From an uncultured Verrucomicrobiae bacterium (GTDB lineage Bacteria > Verrucomicrobiota > Verrucomicrobiia > Chthoniobacterales > Chthoniobacteraceae), in assembly GCA_963836755.1 (NCBI GenBank), contig CAWIKF010000002.1:1152001-1216000 (forward strand): a stretch of 64,000 nt of DNA. The letters run 5' to 3'. The notes under the pieces were generated by a model that did no database searches, was not told where the DNA came from, and saw only the letters and a program-made list of their open reading frames with translations. Made by a program: the position numbers and the translations under genes. Below are positions 43,475 to 53,493 of the stretch, piece by piece. Position 1 is the stretch's first letter. Each line of letters starts with the position of its first letter.

Positions 43475-44811
43475 AACTGCGAAAGTGCGCGATTGATTCG
43501 CGCGAGGACCCGTGCGCGGCCGAGGATTTCGAGCAGGTGATAAAGGCTCGGCCCGGCGTTGCTGCCCGTGACCGCGAGCCGCGTCGGATGAACGAGCGCG
43601 CCAACTTTGACGCCGAGCGATGCGGCAGTTTGTTTCAAAGTTGATTCCAACGAAATGGCGTCAAAGTTTTCCAAAGCCGCAAACGCATCGCGGACGGCGA
43701 CGAGCCGCGGTTTGTTTTCCGCGATGAAATGTTTCGCGATGCCTTCGGGATTAAATTCAACTTCGTCGGTGAAGTAGAATCTGCAGTAAGCGGGAAGCTC
43801 GCTGAAGATTTTGAACTTTCCTTCGCATGTTTCGAGCGCGGCACGGACGTAATCATCAGGAAAATTTGCGACGTCGATGCCGGCGCGTTCCAACGCTTCG
43901 CGCGCGAGCTTTTGAAAACGGTCGCCGTGAATTTCGCGGACATATTCGCCGTTGAGCCAGGTGCATTTATCGAGATCGAACGAAGCGTTTTTGCGATGAA
44001 TTTTCTCCAGTTCAAAAAGCCGGATCACTTCCTCGATGTCGATTTTTTCGCGATTATCCTTCGGTGACCAGCCGAGGAGACAAAGATAATTTCGCACCGC
44101 TTCCGGGAGATAGCCGCCGTCGATGTAAGTGGCGATGCTCGCGCCGCGGTCGCGCTTGCTCATTTTCGAGCCGTCGGGATTCAGGATCAGCGGGATGTGC
44201 GCGAAGTTTGGCGGCTGTTCGCCCAGCGCGCGATAAAGTTCGATGTGTCGTGCCGTATTTGAGAGGTGATCCTCGCCGCGGATGACGTGGCTGATGCGCA
44301 TCTCGATGTCATCGACGACGTTGACGAAATGGAAAATCCAGCCGCCGTCGGCTCGACGAATGGTCGGATCGGCCTCGAGATCGCCTCCGCGGTTTTGCGA
44401 TTTGCTGCGATCGACCGCGATGCGGCCGCAAACGAGATCGTCGAACTCGAGCGGCTGGCGCGGCAAACGAAAACGGAGCGAGCCGGTTTCATCCGCGTAG
44501 GCGTGATCGGCGCCGAGCAACTTTTCGGCGTAGCGTTGATAGATGGCTTCGCGCTCGCTCTGAAAATAGGGGCCGTGCTCGCCACCGAGCTGCGGACCTT
44601 CATCCCAATCGAGGCCGAGCCATTGCAGACCGTCATAAATGGCCTGTGTCGCCCCGGCGGTGTTTCGCGCGCGATCGGTATCCTCGATGCGGAGGATAAA
44701 TTTTCCGCCGGTGTGCCGCGCGTAAAGCCAGTTGAAAAGTGCGGTGCGCGCGCCGCCGATGTGAAGATAACCGGTGGGCGAGGGGGCAAAACGGACGCGG
44801 ACGCTTGGCAT
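43471..44811 (-). CDS. gltX: glutamate--tRNA ligase
   Basis: RFAPSPTGYLHIGG, LRIEDTD, HVIRGEDH, KMSKR. Confidence 0.93.
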   Translation of the reverse strand: MPSVRVRFAPSPTGYLHIGGARTALFNWLYARHTGGKFILRIEDTDRARNTAGATQAIYDGLQWLGLDWDEGPQLGGEHGPYFQSEREAIYQRYAEKLLGADHAYADETGSLRFRLPRQPLEFDDLVCGRIAVDRSKSQNRGGDLEADPTIRRADGGWIFHFVNVVDDIEMRISHVIRGEDHLSNTARHIELYRALGEQPPNFAHIPLILNPDGSKMSKRDRGASIATYIDGGYLPEAVRNYLCLLGWSPKDNREKIDIEEVIRLFELEKIHRKNASFDLDKCTWLNGEYVREIHGDRFQKLAREALERAGIDVANFPDDYVRAALETCEGKFKIFSELPAYCRFYFTDEVEFNPEGIAKHFIAENKPRLVAVRDAFAALENFDAISLESTLKQTAASLGVKVGALVHPTRLAVTGSNAGPSLYHLLEILGRARVLARINRALSQF

Positions 44812-44884
44812 GGGAGGCAAATGGATTCGCGAACGCGCAGCGCGTCAATGACGGAAACGCGGACGGAGCGCTCGTTTGGTGGCG

Positions 44885-45547
44885 TCAAAATTTTTGCAGC
44901 CAGCCGGCGCTGGCATATTTCGATTTGGCGAGAAGCTGTGCGGCGTTTTCGGTTCTAAAATTTCGGTGCGAAACTTTCGCGCCAAGAGAATCTGCGAGCT
45001 GCGCGGCAAAGTTTTTCGGGCGCTCGACGTTTTGCACGCTTCCCTGATGCAGCAAGCCGTGGCGAGTCCGGCGCTGGGCCGCACCTGCGACTTTGCGATT
45101 GTTCAACAAGATGTCGTAACAGACGGAATTTTCGAAACATGCCGACGATTTTTTTTCGTCGGCGGCGGAGGCGAGCGTTGCGGGCTGGCCGCTGTCGCGG
45201 AGCAGTTTGGCGATTTGCTGATGAATGGCGCGGTAGGTTGCGTTTGCATCGGACTTTGTGAATGCGCAGCGTGCGGGAACGATGAGCGAATAGGTGAGAT
45301 CGCTGCCGTGCGGCACGATTCCGCCGCCGGTCCATCGGCGGACGAGATCGGTGCTCGGATGATTTTTGCGCACCAGTTCCCACTTTTCGAAGTAACCGAA
45401 CGAGACTGCTGCATTTTCCCAACGGTAAACACGCAGCAACGGTTGTGTGACGTCCGACAGCAGCACTTCGTCGATGGCCATGTTCAGCGCTGCGGCATGC
45501 GGCTGCGCGTCATCAAAAAAGTCAAGCTGTGCGAAAAGCGGCTGCAC
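44885..45547 (-). CDS. lipoate-protein ligase / octanoyltransferase family protein
   Basis: NMAIDE, VRRWTGGG.V.H..DLTYS, KVAGAAQRR, LLHQGS; GTG start inferred. Confidence 0.82.
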   Translation of the reverse strand: MQPLFAQLDFFDDAQPHAAALNMAIDEVLLSDVTQPLLRVYRWENAAVSFGYFEKWELVRKNHPSTDLVRRWTGGGIVPHGSDLTYSLIVPARCAFTKSDANATYRAIHQQIAKLLRDSGQPATLASAADEKKSSACFENSVCYDILLNNRKVAGAAQRRTRHGLLHQGSVQNVERPKNFAAQLADSLGAKVSHRNFRTENAAQLLAKSKYASAGWLQKF

Positions 45548-45614
45548 GCGCGGATGCTCGCGAAGAAAAACTAAATTGGCAATGGGGCCGCGCTGTTTTA
45601 ATCTCGCCAGTCGC

Positions 45615-46505
45615 ATGGCAAAAGTCGCTCTCGGAAAAGGCCTCAGCGCGCTGATCAACACGCGCGTCGTGTCGCCAACGCCGGCCGCTGAACTCGGCGA
45701 GCGTGTGCAGCTGGTGCCGCTCACGCAAATCATTCCCACGCCGTTGCAGCCGCGCACGGAATTTCGCGGCGAGCGGCTGCAGGAGCTGATCGACTCGATC
45801 CGCGAGCACGGGATCATCCAGCCTTTGATTGTTCGGCGGACTGGCGAAAAATATGAATTGATCGCGGGAGAACGCCGCTGGCGCGCGGCGCAGCAAGTCG
45901 GGCTGGCAGAGGCGCCGATCATCATTCGTTCCGCGACCGATCAGGAAGTGCTGGAGCTGGCGCTCATCGAAAATTTGCAGCGCGAGGATCTGAATCCGAT
46001 TGAGGAAGCGCTGGCCTTTTCGCGTTTAGCAAAAGAATTTCGACTGCGTCAGGAGGACATTGCACAAAAGGTCGGCAAAAGCCGCGCGGCCGTGGCGAAT
46101 AGCATGCGCCTGCTCGAGCTGCACCCGCACATTCAGAGCTGGCTGACGCAGGGCCGCGTCTCAGTGGGTCACGCGAAGGTGCTCCTTTCGCTGAAGTCGC
46201 AGGAGGAGCAACTGCTCATCGCGGAAAATGTGCTCCGCCATCAATACACCGTGCGCGCCACCGAAAAGATGGTGACGAATCATTTCACGAAACAAGGAGT
46301 CGCCCGGCCGACGCGCTCGTCGCCCGGCGCGCCCTCGCTGTCGCCGGCGATCCAGCATTTGCAAAACCGGCTGCAGCAACATCTCGCGACGCATGTGTCG
46401 CTTCACCACGGCGAGAAACGTGGGCGGTTGGAGATCGAGTATTACGGCACCGATGATCTGCAGCGGATCATCAGCGTTCTCGGGCTGCCGGCGGAAGAAG
46501 TTTGA
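45615..46505 (+). CDS. parB: ParB/Spo0J chromosome partitioning protein
   Basis: LGKGLSALI, QPR..F, GIIQPL, IAGERRWRAA, ENLQREDL, HTH. Confidence 0.93.
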   Translation: MAKVALGKGLSALINTRVVSPTPAAELGERVQLVPLTQIIPTPLQPRTEFRGERLQELIDSIREHGIIQPLIVRRTGEKYELIAGERRWRAAQQVGLAEAPIIIRSATDQEVLELALIENLQREDLNPIEEALAFSRLAKEFRLRQEDIAQKVGKSRAAVANSMRLLELHPHIQSWLTQGRVSVGHAKVLLSLKSQEEQLLIAENVLRHQYTVRATEKMVTNHFTKQGVARPTRSSPGAPSLSPAIQHLQNRLQQHLATHVSLHHGEKRGRLEIEYYGTDDLQRIISVLGLPAEEV

Positions 46506-46531
46506 GAGTCCCGCGCGACGAATACGGAGTG

Positions 46532-47494
46532 ATGAAAGGCGGTTTGCGCCTTTTCCCGCTGCTGCTTTGTGCGTTGCTGGTCGGGTGCGGACGAAAAGCG
46601 GAAACCTCTGGCGTCAATGTTCCCGCCGAACCACCGGCATCTTCCTCGCGGGCAGACGCGACGCCGGTGCCAGAAATCTGGAACCAGTTTTCCGGCGACA
46701 AAGCGTTTACGCATGTCACATATCTGGTGAACATCGGTCCACGGCCATCCGGGTCGGCCGAGGATGGAAAAGCGCGTGCATATATCGTGGAAAATCTGCG
46801 GAAGTTTGGCTGGCAGGTGTCGGAACAAAAGTTCGACGACGCGACTCCGCGCGGGTCCGTGAGTTTCGTCAATGTGATCGCACGATACGGCGCGACTGCC
46901 ACCACGCAGCGCGCGATCGTTTGCTCGCATTTCGACACCAAAATTTTTGACACCATCCGCTTCGTCGGCGCGAGCGATGGCGGATCGAGCACTGGCGCGC
47001 TGTTAGAATTGGCCCGCGTGCTCGCGCTGGACCCGGCATTGGCGGAAAAAATCGAACTGGTTTTTTTTGACGGCGAAGAGGCCGTGTCGCAGTTCACGGA
47101 GACGGATGGGCTGTATGGCAGCCGATATTTTGCGCGACAACTTCGTGAAACAAAGCAGAACACACAGTTTCAATTTGGAATTCTCTGGGACATGATCGGC
47201 GACAAGAATCTGACGATCACGCTTTCACCGGACTCGCCGGCGAAGCTTGCGAGCGGCATCCTCGCAGCAGCCGATGCACTCCATTGCCGCGAAAATTTCT
47301 CGTATTACGATCGCGACATCTACGACGATCACGTGCCGCTGAATGTCGCGCATATCCCGTCGATCGATTTGATTGATTTCGATTATCCGCCCTGGCACAC
47401 GGCGGACGACACGCTCGATAAACTGAGCCCGGAAAGTGTGCGCAAAGTCGGCGCAGTCACCCTTTTTTACCTGCGCCAGGTTTTTCCGAAATAA
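46532..47494 (+). CDS. M28-family lipoprotein (glutaminyl cyclase/peptidase-like)
   Basis: Lipobox LVGC; HFDTK, GASDGGS, FFDGEE, DMIG, DDHVP, WHT..D. Confidence 0.82.
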   Translation: MKGGLRLFPLLLCALLVGCGRKAETSGVNVPAEPPASSSRADATPVPEIWNQFSGDKAFTHVTYLVNIGPRPSGSAEDGKARAYIVENLRKFGWQVSEQKFDDATPRGSVSFVNVIARYGATATTQRAIVCSHFDTKIFDTIRFVGASDGGSSTGALLELARVLALDPALAEKIELVFFDGEEAVSQFTETDGLYGSRYFARQLRETKQNTQFQFGILWDMIGDKNLTITLSPDSPAKLASGILAAADALHCRENFSYYDRDIYDDHVPLNVAHIPSIDLIDFDYPPWHTADDTLDKLSPESVRKVGAVTLFYLRQVFPK

Positions 47495-47518
47495 CGCCGC
47501 GAACGGATGTCGAGCGGC

Positions 47519-47546
47519 TTGACACCCGGTTCGCACCCGCTAATTT
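47519..47546 (+). promoter_or_regulatory. sigma70 promoter of tRNA-Arg
   Basis: TTGACA-16bp-TAATTT, ending 14 nt before the tRNA 5' end. Confidence 0.65.
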
Positions 47547-47560
47547 ACGCGTCTCGATTT

Positions 47561-47634
47561 GCACCCGTAGCTCAATTGGATAGAGCATCTGACTACGGAT
47601 CAGAAGGTTTGGGGTTCGAATCCCTACGGGTGCG
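47561..47634 (+). tRNA. tRNA-Arg (anticodon ACG)
   Basis: Acceptor GCACCCG/CGGGTGC, anticodon arm TCTGA-CTACGGA-TCAGA, GGTTCGAATCC; CCA not encoded. Confidence 0.96.
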
Positions 47635-47643
47635 CTCCCTGCT

Positions 47644-48666
47644 TCACTGGAGATCGACAGGCGTCGTGAGCGGCACGGGCTGATTCCATGTCTGCTTGCC
47701 GTCGAACACCGCTGTGAAGAGATAGGTGATTCTTTGGTTTTCGATCAAAAACCACGGCCGTTCGCGGCGCACAGGCTTGAATTCAGTGCCGTCGGTCCAG
47801 CGAATCGTGTCGCTGTAGGCGATCGGTTGCGGAGCGCGATGCCAGTTTGAAACGCCGTCGTCGGAAGTCAAATGACCGCCCCAGCGCTTGTCATGGCCGG
47901 TCAGTTTGCCGCCGTTATCTTCGCAAATGAGGTGATAGGCATTGGCTTTTTTGAAAACGAAAAAGTCCTCGAGCTTTCCGTCAGGCCACAGGTTGTTGTT
48001 CGCTACGGTGTAAGGTCCTTCAAACGATTTTGCGATGGATTCACAGATGCGCAAATTCGCCGTGCGCCAGATCAACTTCACGCTGCCGTCCGGCTCGAAC
48101 CATGCCGCAGGGTTGTTCGCATCGCTGGCGAGACCGAGGTCCAGCGGCTTGTCGCGGCGCGTCCAAGGGCCGGCGACGGAAGGGGCGGTGGCAAATCCGA
48201 TCTGCCGGTAGTGAGAGCCGACATCGCTGCCGATATAGAATAAAACGAACGTGTCGCCGACTTTGTAGATGGCTGGATTGTGCGCCATGGCGCTATCCCA
48301 TTTGCCGGCGGCGCGCTTCGAGATGACCACTTCCTTGAAGGTGTATGGACCTTCGGGCGTGGATGCTTCGGCGCGCACTATCTCGGAGTTTTGCCGATAA
48401 CCTTCGGGAAACGTCGTCCTGGCAGGCCAGCGCGAAGCGAACATTTCGTAGGCGTCGCCGACTTTGATGACGGAGCCGCACCAAACGAAGTAGCCATCCA
48501 TCGAAAAACCAGTTCCTTTCGCGACCGGCGCGAACGCACCTGGCTCGATGCCTGCGGCTGAATCTTTCGCAGATTTCGGGTCGGCCGCCTTGCAATTCAC
48601 CAGCGACAGAAGTGCTGCCGCGCCGATCAGCAGCTGACGATTGATTTTGCGGAGGAAAAAACTCAC
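47644..48666 (-). CDS. secreted GH43-like five-bladed beta-propeller glycoside hydrolase
   Basis: VWCGSVIK, FASRW, AHNPAIYK, NNPA, LEDFFVF, RRERP; GTG start inferred. Confidence 0.7.
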   Translation of the reverse strand: MSFFLRKINRQLLIGAAALLSLVNCKAADPKSAKDSAAGIEPGAFAPVAKGTGFSMDGYFVWCGSVIKVGDAYEMFASRWPARTTFPEGYRQNSEIVRAEASTPEGPYTFKEVVISKRAAGKWDSAMAHNPAIYKVGDTFVLFYIGSDVGSHYRQIGFATAPSVAGPWTRRDKPLDLGLASDANNPAAWFEPDGSVKLIWRTANLRICESIAKSFEGPYTVANNNLWPDGKLEDFFVFKKANAYHLICEDNGGKLTGHDKRWGGHLTSDDGVSNWHRAPQPIAYSDTIRWTDGTEFKPVRRERPWFLIENQRITYLFTAVFDGKQTWNQPVPLTTPVDLQ

Positions 48667-48704
48667 GGCTGAGATTGTAGCCTCAGCCGCAATTTTCAAA
48701 TACA

Positions 48705-50171
48705 TCATTTTGCGCTGAGAAAGTGCACGATGATGGCGGCAGTTGGCGGCACTTCGACGCTCGCGCTCTGACCAGATCCGGTTTTCGCCGCTTCCCATTT
48801 GCCATGCCAAACGCCTTTCGCTTCGATCGGCGCGCCGCCGAGTGTGATATCGGTTTGGGCGGTGATGTCATTATTTTTTTGCGCCAAAACCATCTGCTTC
48901 GCTCCAGCGCGAGTGGTGCCGGACGGCAATTGCAGCGAAACCGTAATCGGCGCTGAATTCTCGCCAAAAGTTTTGTTGATCAGCGTCACGTAAACAGACT
49001 CATCATTGGCGCGATAGGCGTAAGCGGTGAAGTGGTCGGTCGCGGTTGTCGTCATCTGCACGGTGAGTGGCCGGCCCAACGCGCTCTGCGTGAAAGCTAG
49101 GTATCCATACGACGGCGGCCTGATCTCGAAACCGTTGCCACCGCGGAGATGCAAAAAAGCCGAGTAGTTTTGCGCGACGACGTCGCCATTCTCGAGCGTG
49201 CGTTCGCCGGTGTGGTAATTCAGCCCGAGCATATGGCGCGCCGCCCACCAATGGCTCGCATCGAGCGCCCATATCGAGGCGGCATAGGTGTCGCTGATGC
49301 CTTTTGCGCCGCCGTGGAAGCAGTTATTTAGCTCATCGATTCGATAGGGAATGCCCTTTGCCGTCAGCTTGCTCCCGACCGCGGCGAACTCCTTCGCGAA
49401 TTGTGAGTCTGCAGCATTGGAAAAAAAACGGGCACGGGTTTTATCCAAAGCATTCTCAGCGTCGCGACCGTTGCCCATTACATAATAGTGGTCGCTGATC
49501 ATCGCCATGTGGCCGCCCGGAAACATCGCGTCCGCCAGCTTCTCGGGAAAAAGGTTCTTGCTCCCGGCGTAAACGCTCGGTCCGTCGAACATCGCGTGCG
49601 GCACCCCTTTCAGAATCGCATCGTAATGCGGTTTCCAATCCGCGAAATAGGCGTCGAAGGTCTTGTCGTAAGCGTTGGGCTCGTTTCCAATCGAGTAGCA
49701 GTCGAGCGCGTCGGCGTCGTGCGCGGCGATATAGCTGGCCAGACGCGCGGACACAGCCGGATCACCATTCTTCAGGCGGAAAGAGTAGATCACCTTCACT
49801 CCGGCAGCGCGGGCAAAAGCGAAAAAAGCATCGATGTCCTTTTCCTGCGGCACGGGAATTTCAGGACTATCGACCGCGTTGGCCCCGACGCGCAGGCTCT
49901 TGATTCCCAAGGTTCGGAAGGTGTTGATTAGCGCCTGATCTTTGGCGTCAAAGTAGTATTTTCCGTTCCGCGGCAGGAGGGCTGACATTTCGTAGCTCAG
50001 TCCCATGAAAAGCGGAGAAATCTTCGTGCCCTTTCCGTCGTCATCGATGACTACTTTTGCGGTGGCAGGCGAAGGTTGAGACCAACCGGAAGTCGAGCTG
50101 ATGAAACTAAAAACTAGCGCAACGAAAAGCGCTCTGCTCCATGCGATGGCTGCGGGGGAAAATGCCTTCAT
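48705..50171 (-). CDS. secreted clan GH-A glycoside hydrolase, GH79-like
   Basis: Signal peptide; FMGLSYE, LRVGAN, IGNEPN acid/base, RIDELNN nucleophile, SDTYAASIWALD. Confidence 0.75.
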   Translation of the reverse strand: MKAFSPAAIAWSRALFVALVFSFISSTSGWSQPSPATAKVVIDDDGKGTKISPLFMGLSYEMSALLPRNGKYYFDAKDQALINTFRTLGIKSLRVGANAVDSPEIPVPQEKDIDAFFAFARAAGVKVIYSFRLKNGDPAVSARLASYIAAHDADALDCYSIGNEPNAYDKTFDAYFADWKPHYDAILKGVPHAMFDGPSVYAGSKNLFPEKLADAMFPGGHMAMISDHYYVMGNGRDAENALDKTRARFFSNAADSQFAKEFAAVGSKLTAKGIPYRIDELNNCFHGGAKGISDTYAASIWALDASHWWAARHMLGLNYHTGERTLENGDVVAQNYSAFLHLRGGNGFEIRPPSYGYLAFTQSALGRPLTVQMTTTATDHFTAYAYRANDESVYVTLINKTFGENSAPITVSLQLPSGTTRAGAKQMVLAQKNNDITAQTDITLGGAPIEAKGVWHGKWEAAKTGSGQSASVEVPPTAAIIVHFLSAK

Positions 50172-50260
50172 AGCTTAGAAATAAGAGGCTGTCGTGCGAA
50201 TCAACAGCGCAAACTTTGAACACATTCAAGCCACCTGCGACCCGCGCGCGCGAGCAAAAG

Positions 50261-52504
50261 TTACATCAACTTATCCAGCGTGATCGGCAGATCGCGGACG
50301 CGGCGGCCGGTCGCATGGAACACAGCGTTCGCGATCGCGGCGGGCGAGCCAGTGATCCCGATTTCGCCCATGCCGCGCGCGCCCATCGGATTGAATGCGT
50401 AGTCAGGCTCTCCGACGAAATGCACTTCGATGTCCGGCACGTCGGCATTCACCGGCACGTGATAATCGGCAAGGTTTCGCGTCGCCGGCAGGCCAGTCGC
50501 TGGATCCAAAACCGTCTCCTCTTCCAGCGCCATCCCGATTCCCATGACCACGCCGCCAAGGATTTGGCTGCGCGCCGTTTTGGCGTTGATGACGCGCCCG
50601 CAATCCATCACGGAGACGATGCGCGAGACCTGGACGCGCGGCAGCGCGGGATCAATTACTACTTCACAAAAATGGGCGCCGAACGATTGATGCGCCATCG
50701 ACTTGCTCGATTCCGACGCTTTGAAGCTTCCTTTGCCCTCGATCGAATCCATTCCGGCGCGTTTCAAAATATTCGCAAACGTGTCGCTCTTGTCCCTCTC
50801 TTTTTCGCCGGTGAGTTGGCCGGGAATGGCCATCACCAGATGCGCCGGGTCCATCCCATGCAAAGGCGACTGCGAATCCTTCGCGGCAACGGCGGCAAGG
50901 TTTTGATGCAAAGTTTTCGCCGCGTCGTGTATCGCCGATCCGACGGTCGCGGTCGTGTTTGATCCACCGGCGACGGGGCCGAACGGCAGATCGGAATTGC
51001 CGAGTTCAAACTTCACTTTTTCCACAGGCAGCCCAATCGCTTCCGCGCTGATTTGCGTCAGCACGGTGTATGCGCCGGTGCCGAGATCTTGCGCGGCGCA
51101 TTTTACCTCGGCCGTGCCGTCGGCGCGGAGATTGATGCTCACATCGGCGGCCATCGTGTGTGCCGGATAGGTTGCGGTCGCCATTCCCCAGCCGACCAGC
51201 AATCCATTTCGCTGCATCGAGCGAGGCTCGGGCGTGCGCCTCGACCAGCCGAACTTTTCCGCGCCGACCTGATACGCCTCCTTGAGATGTTTCGTGCTCC
51301 ACGGCTTGCCGTTCGTCGGATGGACATCGGAGTGATTCACGAGCCGCAACTGCACCGGATCCATCTTCAATGCGACGGCCAATTCATCCATCGCGCTCTC
51401 GAGACCGAAAGTGCCGGGACACTCGCCGGGCGCGCGCATGAAAGTCGGCGTCGCCACATTCACCTTGAAAACTTTTTCCTCAATCCGGATCGACGGGCTC
51501 GCATAAATCACGCCCGTCGAGCGCGAGCCAACGCTTTCGACGTAGTCGCCCACGTGCGAGCTCAGCGTCTCGCTGCGATGCCGCATTCCCTGCAATTTTC
51601 CGTCATGCGTCGCCGCGAGCGCGATGTGCTGCGTGGTCGGTGTGCGATGGCCGGTGCAGGTGAACATGTCGCGCCGCGAGACCGCGAATTTTACTGGCGC
51701 GTTCGCGGACTTTGCCGCCATCGCCGCGAGGATCACATGCGGCCAGACCGCGCCTTTGCAGCCAAACGCGCCGCCGACGAATGGGCTGAGCACGCGCACA
51801 TTTTCGCGCGGCAAATCGAAAACTTTCGCGAGCACATCCTGCACGCCTTTCACATATTGCGTCGCGTCGTGCAGCGTGAGCCGATCGGCCGCAACCCACT
51901 GCGCGAGCGTCGCCGACGGCTCCATCGGATTGTGCGTCTCCTGCGGCGTCGTGTAGGTATTTTCGACGATGACAAAACTCCTGTCGGCCAGCGCTTTTTC
52001 CGCGTCGCCCTTGTCCGTTTGCACCGGCTCGCCTTTGTTCTTGTCCGGTTTTTTCTCGGGAATTCCCTCCGCGTGATGGTTCAAATCCGGCGGCGATTCT
52101 TCGTAGCGAACTTTGATGATCGAAGCCGCGAAATGCGCTTGTTCGAGCGTGTCAGCCGCGACGAATGCGATGTATTGGCCGCCGTAGTAAACCTTGTCGT
52201 CCGCGAGCGGCAGCCGCTCCTCGTTCCGAATCCCGCCGCCCTGTTGCTGGCGGTCTTTGTGTGCGCTCGGGTCATGGAGTTTTGGTGCGTTTAAATGCGT
52301 GAGCACCAGCCGCACACCGGGCGCGCCTTCCGCGGCGGAGGTATCGATGCTTGCGACGCGGCCGTTCGAAATGCTGCTCGTCAACGCGAACCCGTGCAGC
52401 ATTTTTGGCGCGTCAAATTCCGCCGCGTATTTCGCCATGCCCTCGACCTTCGGGCGGCCGTCCACGCGGTTGATCGGTTTGCCGAGAATGTTGGGATCGC
52501 TCAT
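50261..52504 (-). CDS. paoC: xanthine dehydrogenase-family molybdopterin-binding subunit (PaoC/YagR-like)
   Basis: HNPMEP, VGGAFGCKG, FMRAPGE, QDLGTG, ARGMGEIG. Confidence 0.85.
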   Translation of the reverse strand: MSDPNILGKPINRVDGRPKVEGMAKYAAEFDAPKMLHGFALTSSISNGRVASIDTSAAEGAPGVRLVLTHLNAPKLHDPSAHKDRQQQGGGIRNEERLPLADDKVYYGGQYIAFVAADTLEQAHFAASIIKVRYEESPPDLNHHAEGIPEKKPDKNKGEPVQTDKGDAEKALADRSFVIVENTYTTPQETHNPMEPSATLAQWVAADRLTLHDATQYVKGVQDVLAKVFDLPRENVRVLSPFVGGAFGCKGAVWPHVILAAMAAKSANAPVKFAVSRRDMFTCTGHRTPTTQHIALAATHDGKLQGMRHRSETLSSHVGDYVESVGSRSTGVIYASPSIRIEEKVFKVNVATPTFMRAPGECPGTFGLESAMDELAVALKMDPVQLRLVNHSDVHPTNGKPWSTKHLKEAYQVGAEKFGWSRRTPEPRSMQRNGLLVGWGMATATYPAHTMAADVSINLRADGTAEVKCAAQDLGTGAYTVLTQISAEAIGLPVEKVKFELGNSDLPFGPVAGGSNTTATVGSAIHDAAKTLHQNLAAVAAKDSQSPLHGMDPAHLVMAIPGQLTGEKERDKSDTFANILKRAGMDSIEGKGSFKASESSKSMAHQSFGAHFCEVVIDPALPRVQVSRIVSVMDCGRVINAKTARSQILGGVVMGIGMALEEETVLDPATGLPATRNLADYHVPVNADVPDIEVHFVGEPDYAFNPMGARGMGEIGITGSPAAIANAVFHATGRRVRDLPITLDKLM

Positions 52505-53493
52505 GCCTTGGCCGCGACGGTCGTGAGCGCGCGGACGATGCTGCGCTTCGCGAGTTCGATTTTAAACGAGTTGTGTTGGTAACCTTTGGCATCCGCCAAT
52601 TCGGCCTCGGCTGCCGCGCGAAACGTCTGTTCATCAGGCTTCGCGCCGATCAGCTTCTGCTCCGCCTTGCTCGCGCGCCAAGGTTTCATTGCGACGCCGC
52701 CAAGCGCGACGCGCGCGGATTTGATCGAGCCGCCGTCCAGTTCGAGAGCCGCCGCGACGCTGACCAAAGCGAACGCGTAACTCGCGCGGTCGCGCATTTT
52801 CAAATAATGCGAATTCGCCGCAAATGGCAGCGCCGGCAGATCGACCGCGGTGATGATTTCATCCGGCGCGAGCGTCGTCTCGATCTGCGGCGTGTCGCCC
52901 GGCAGCCGATGAAAATCTTGCATCGCAATCTCGCGCTCACCACGCGGTCCGCTCACGCGCACGACCGCATCGAGCGCCATGAGCGCGACGCACATATCAC
53001 TCGGGTTCGTCGCGATGCACTGGTCGCTTTGGCCGAGAATTGCGTGGATTCGATTGTAGCCGTGGAGCGCTCCGCAGCCGCTGCCGGGCGCGCGTTTGTT
53101 GCACGATGGAAATGCCGGATCGTAAAAATAATAGCAGCGCGTGCGTTGCAAAAGATTGCCGCCGACCGTCGCCATGTTTCGCAACTGCGGACTCGCGCCG
53201 GACAAAAAAGCTTCGCTCAAAACGGGATAATTTCTCGTGATGAGCGGATGCTCCGCCACGTCGGAATTGCGAGCGAGCGCGCCGATGCGCACGCCTTTGC
53301 CGTCCGGCAGTTCCTCCACTTTTGTCAGCGGCAGCCGCGTGATATCGACGAGTTGATCTGGAGCCTCGACCCCCATTTTCATCAGGTCGATCAAGTTTGT
53401 CCCGCCGCCAAGCAGCTTCGCATGCGGCTTTGCGGAAAGCGTGCCAACAGCCTGCTGAACATCCGTGGCGCGGGCGTAAGTGAATGGGTTCAC
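52501..53493 (-). CDS. paoB: FAD-binding subunit (PaoB/YagS-like)
   Basis: GGGTNLIDLMK, GASPQLRNMATVGGN, Cys-rich RC.YF...CNKR..GSGC, RDRASYAFA; GTG 53493. Confidence 0.87.
   Translation of the reverse strand: MNPFTYARATDVQQAVGTLSAKPHAKLLGGGTNLIDLMKMGVEAPDQLVDITRLPLTKVEELPDGKGVRIGALARNSDVAEHPLITRNYPVLSEAFLSGASPQLRNMATVGGNLLQRTRCYYFYDPAFPSCNKRAPGSGCGALHGYNRIHAILGQSDQCIATNPSDMCVALMALDAVVRVSGPRGEREIAMQDFHRLPGDTPQIETTLAPDEIITAVDLPALPFAANSHYLKMRDRASYAFALVSVAAALELDGGSIKSARVALGGVAMKPWRASKAEQKLIGAKPDEQTFRAAAEAELADAKGYQHNSFKIELAKRSIVRALTTVAAKA

Noticed and set aside
47561..50260. tRNA-Arg-anchored genomic island carrying the two glycoside hydrolases
   Set aside because: No duplicated tRNA 3' end and no integrase found.
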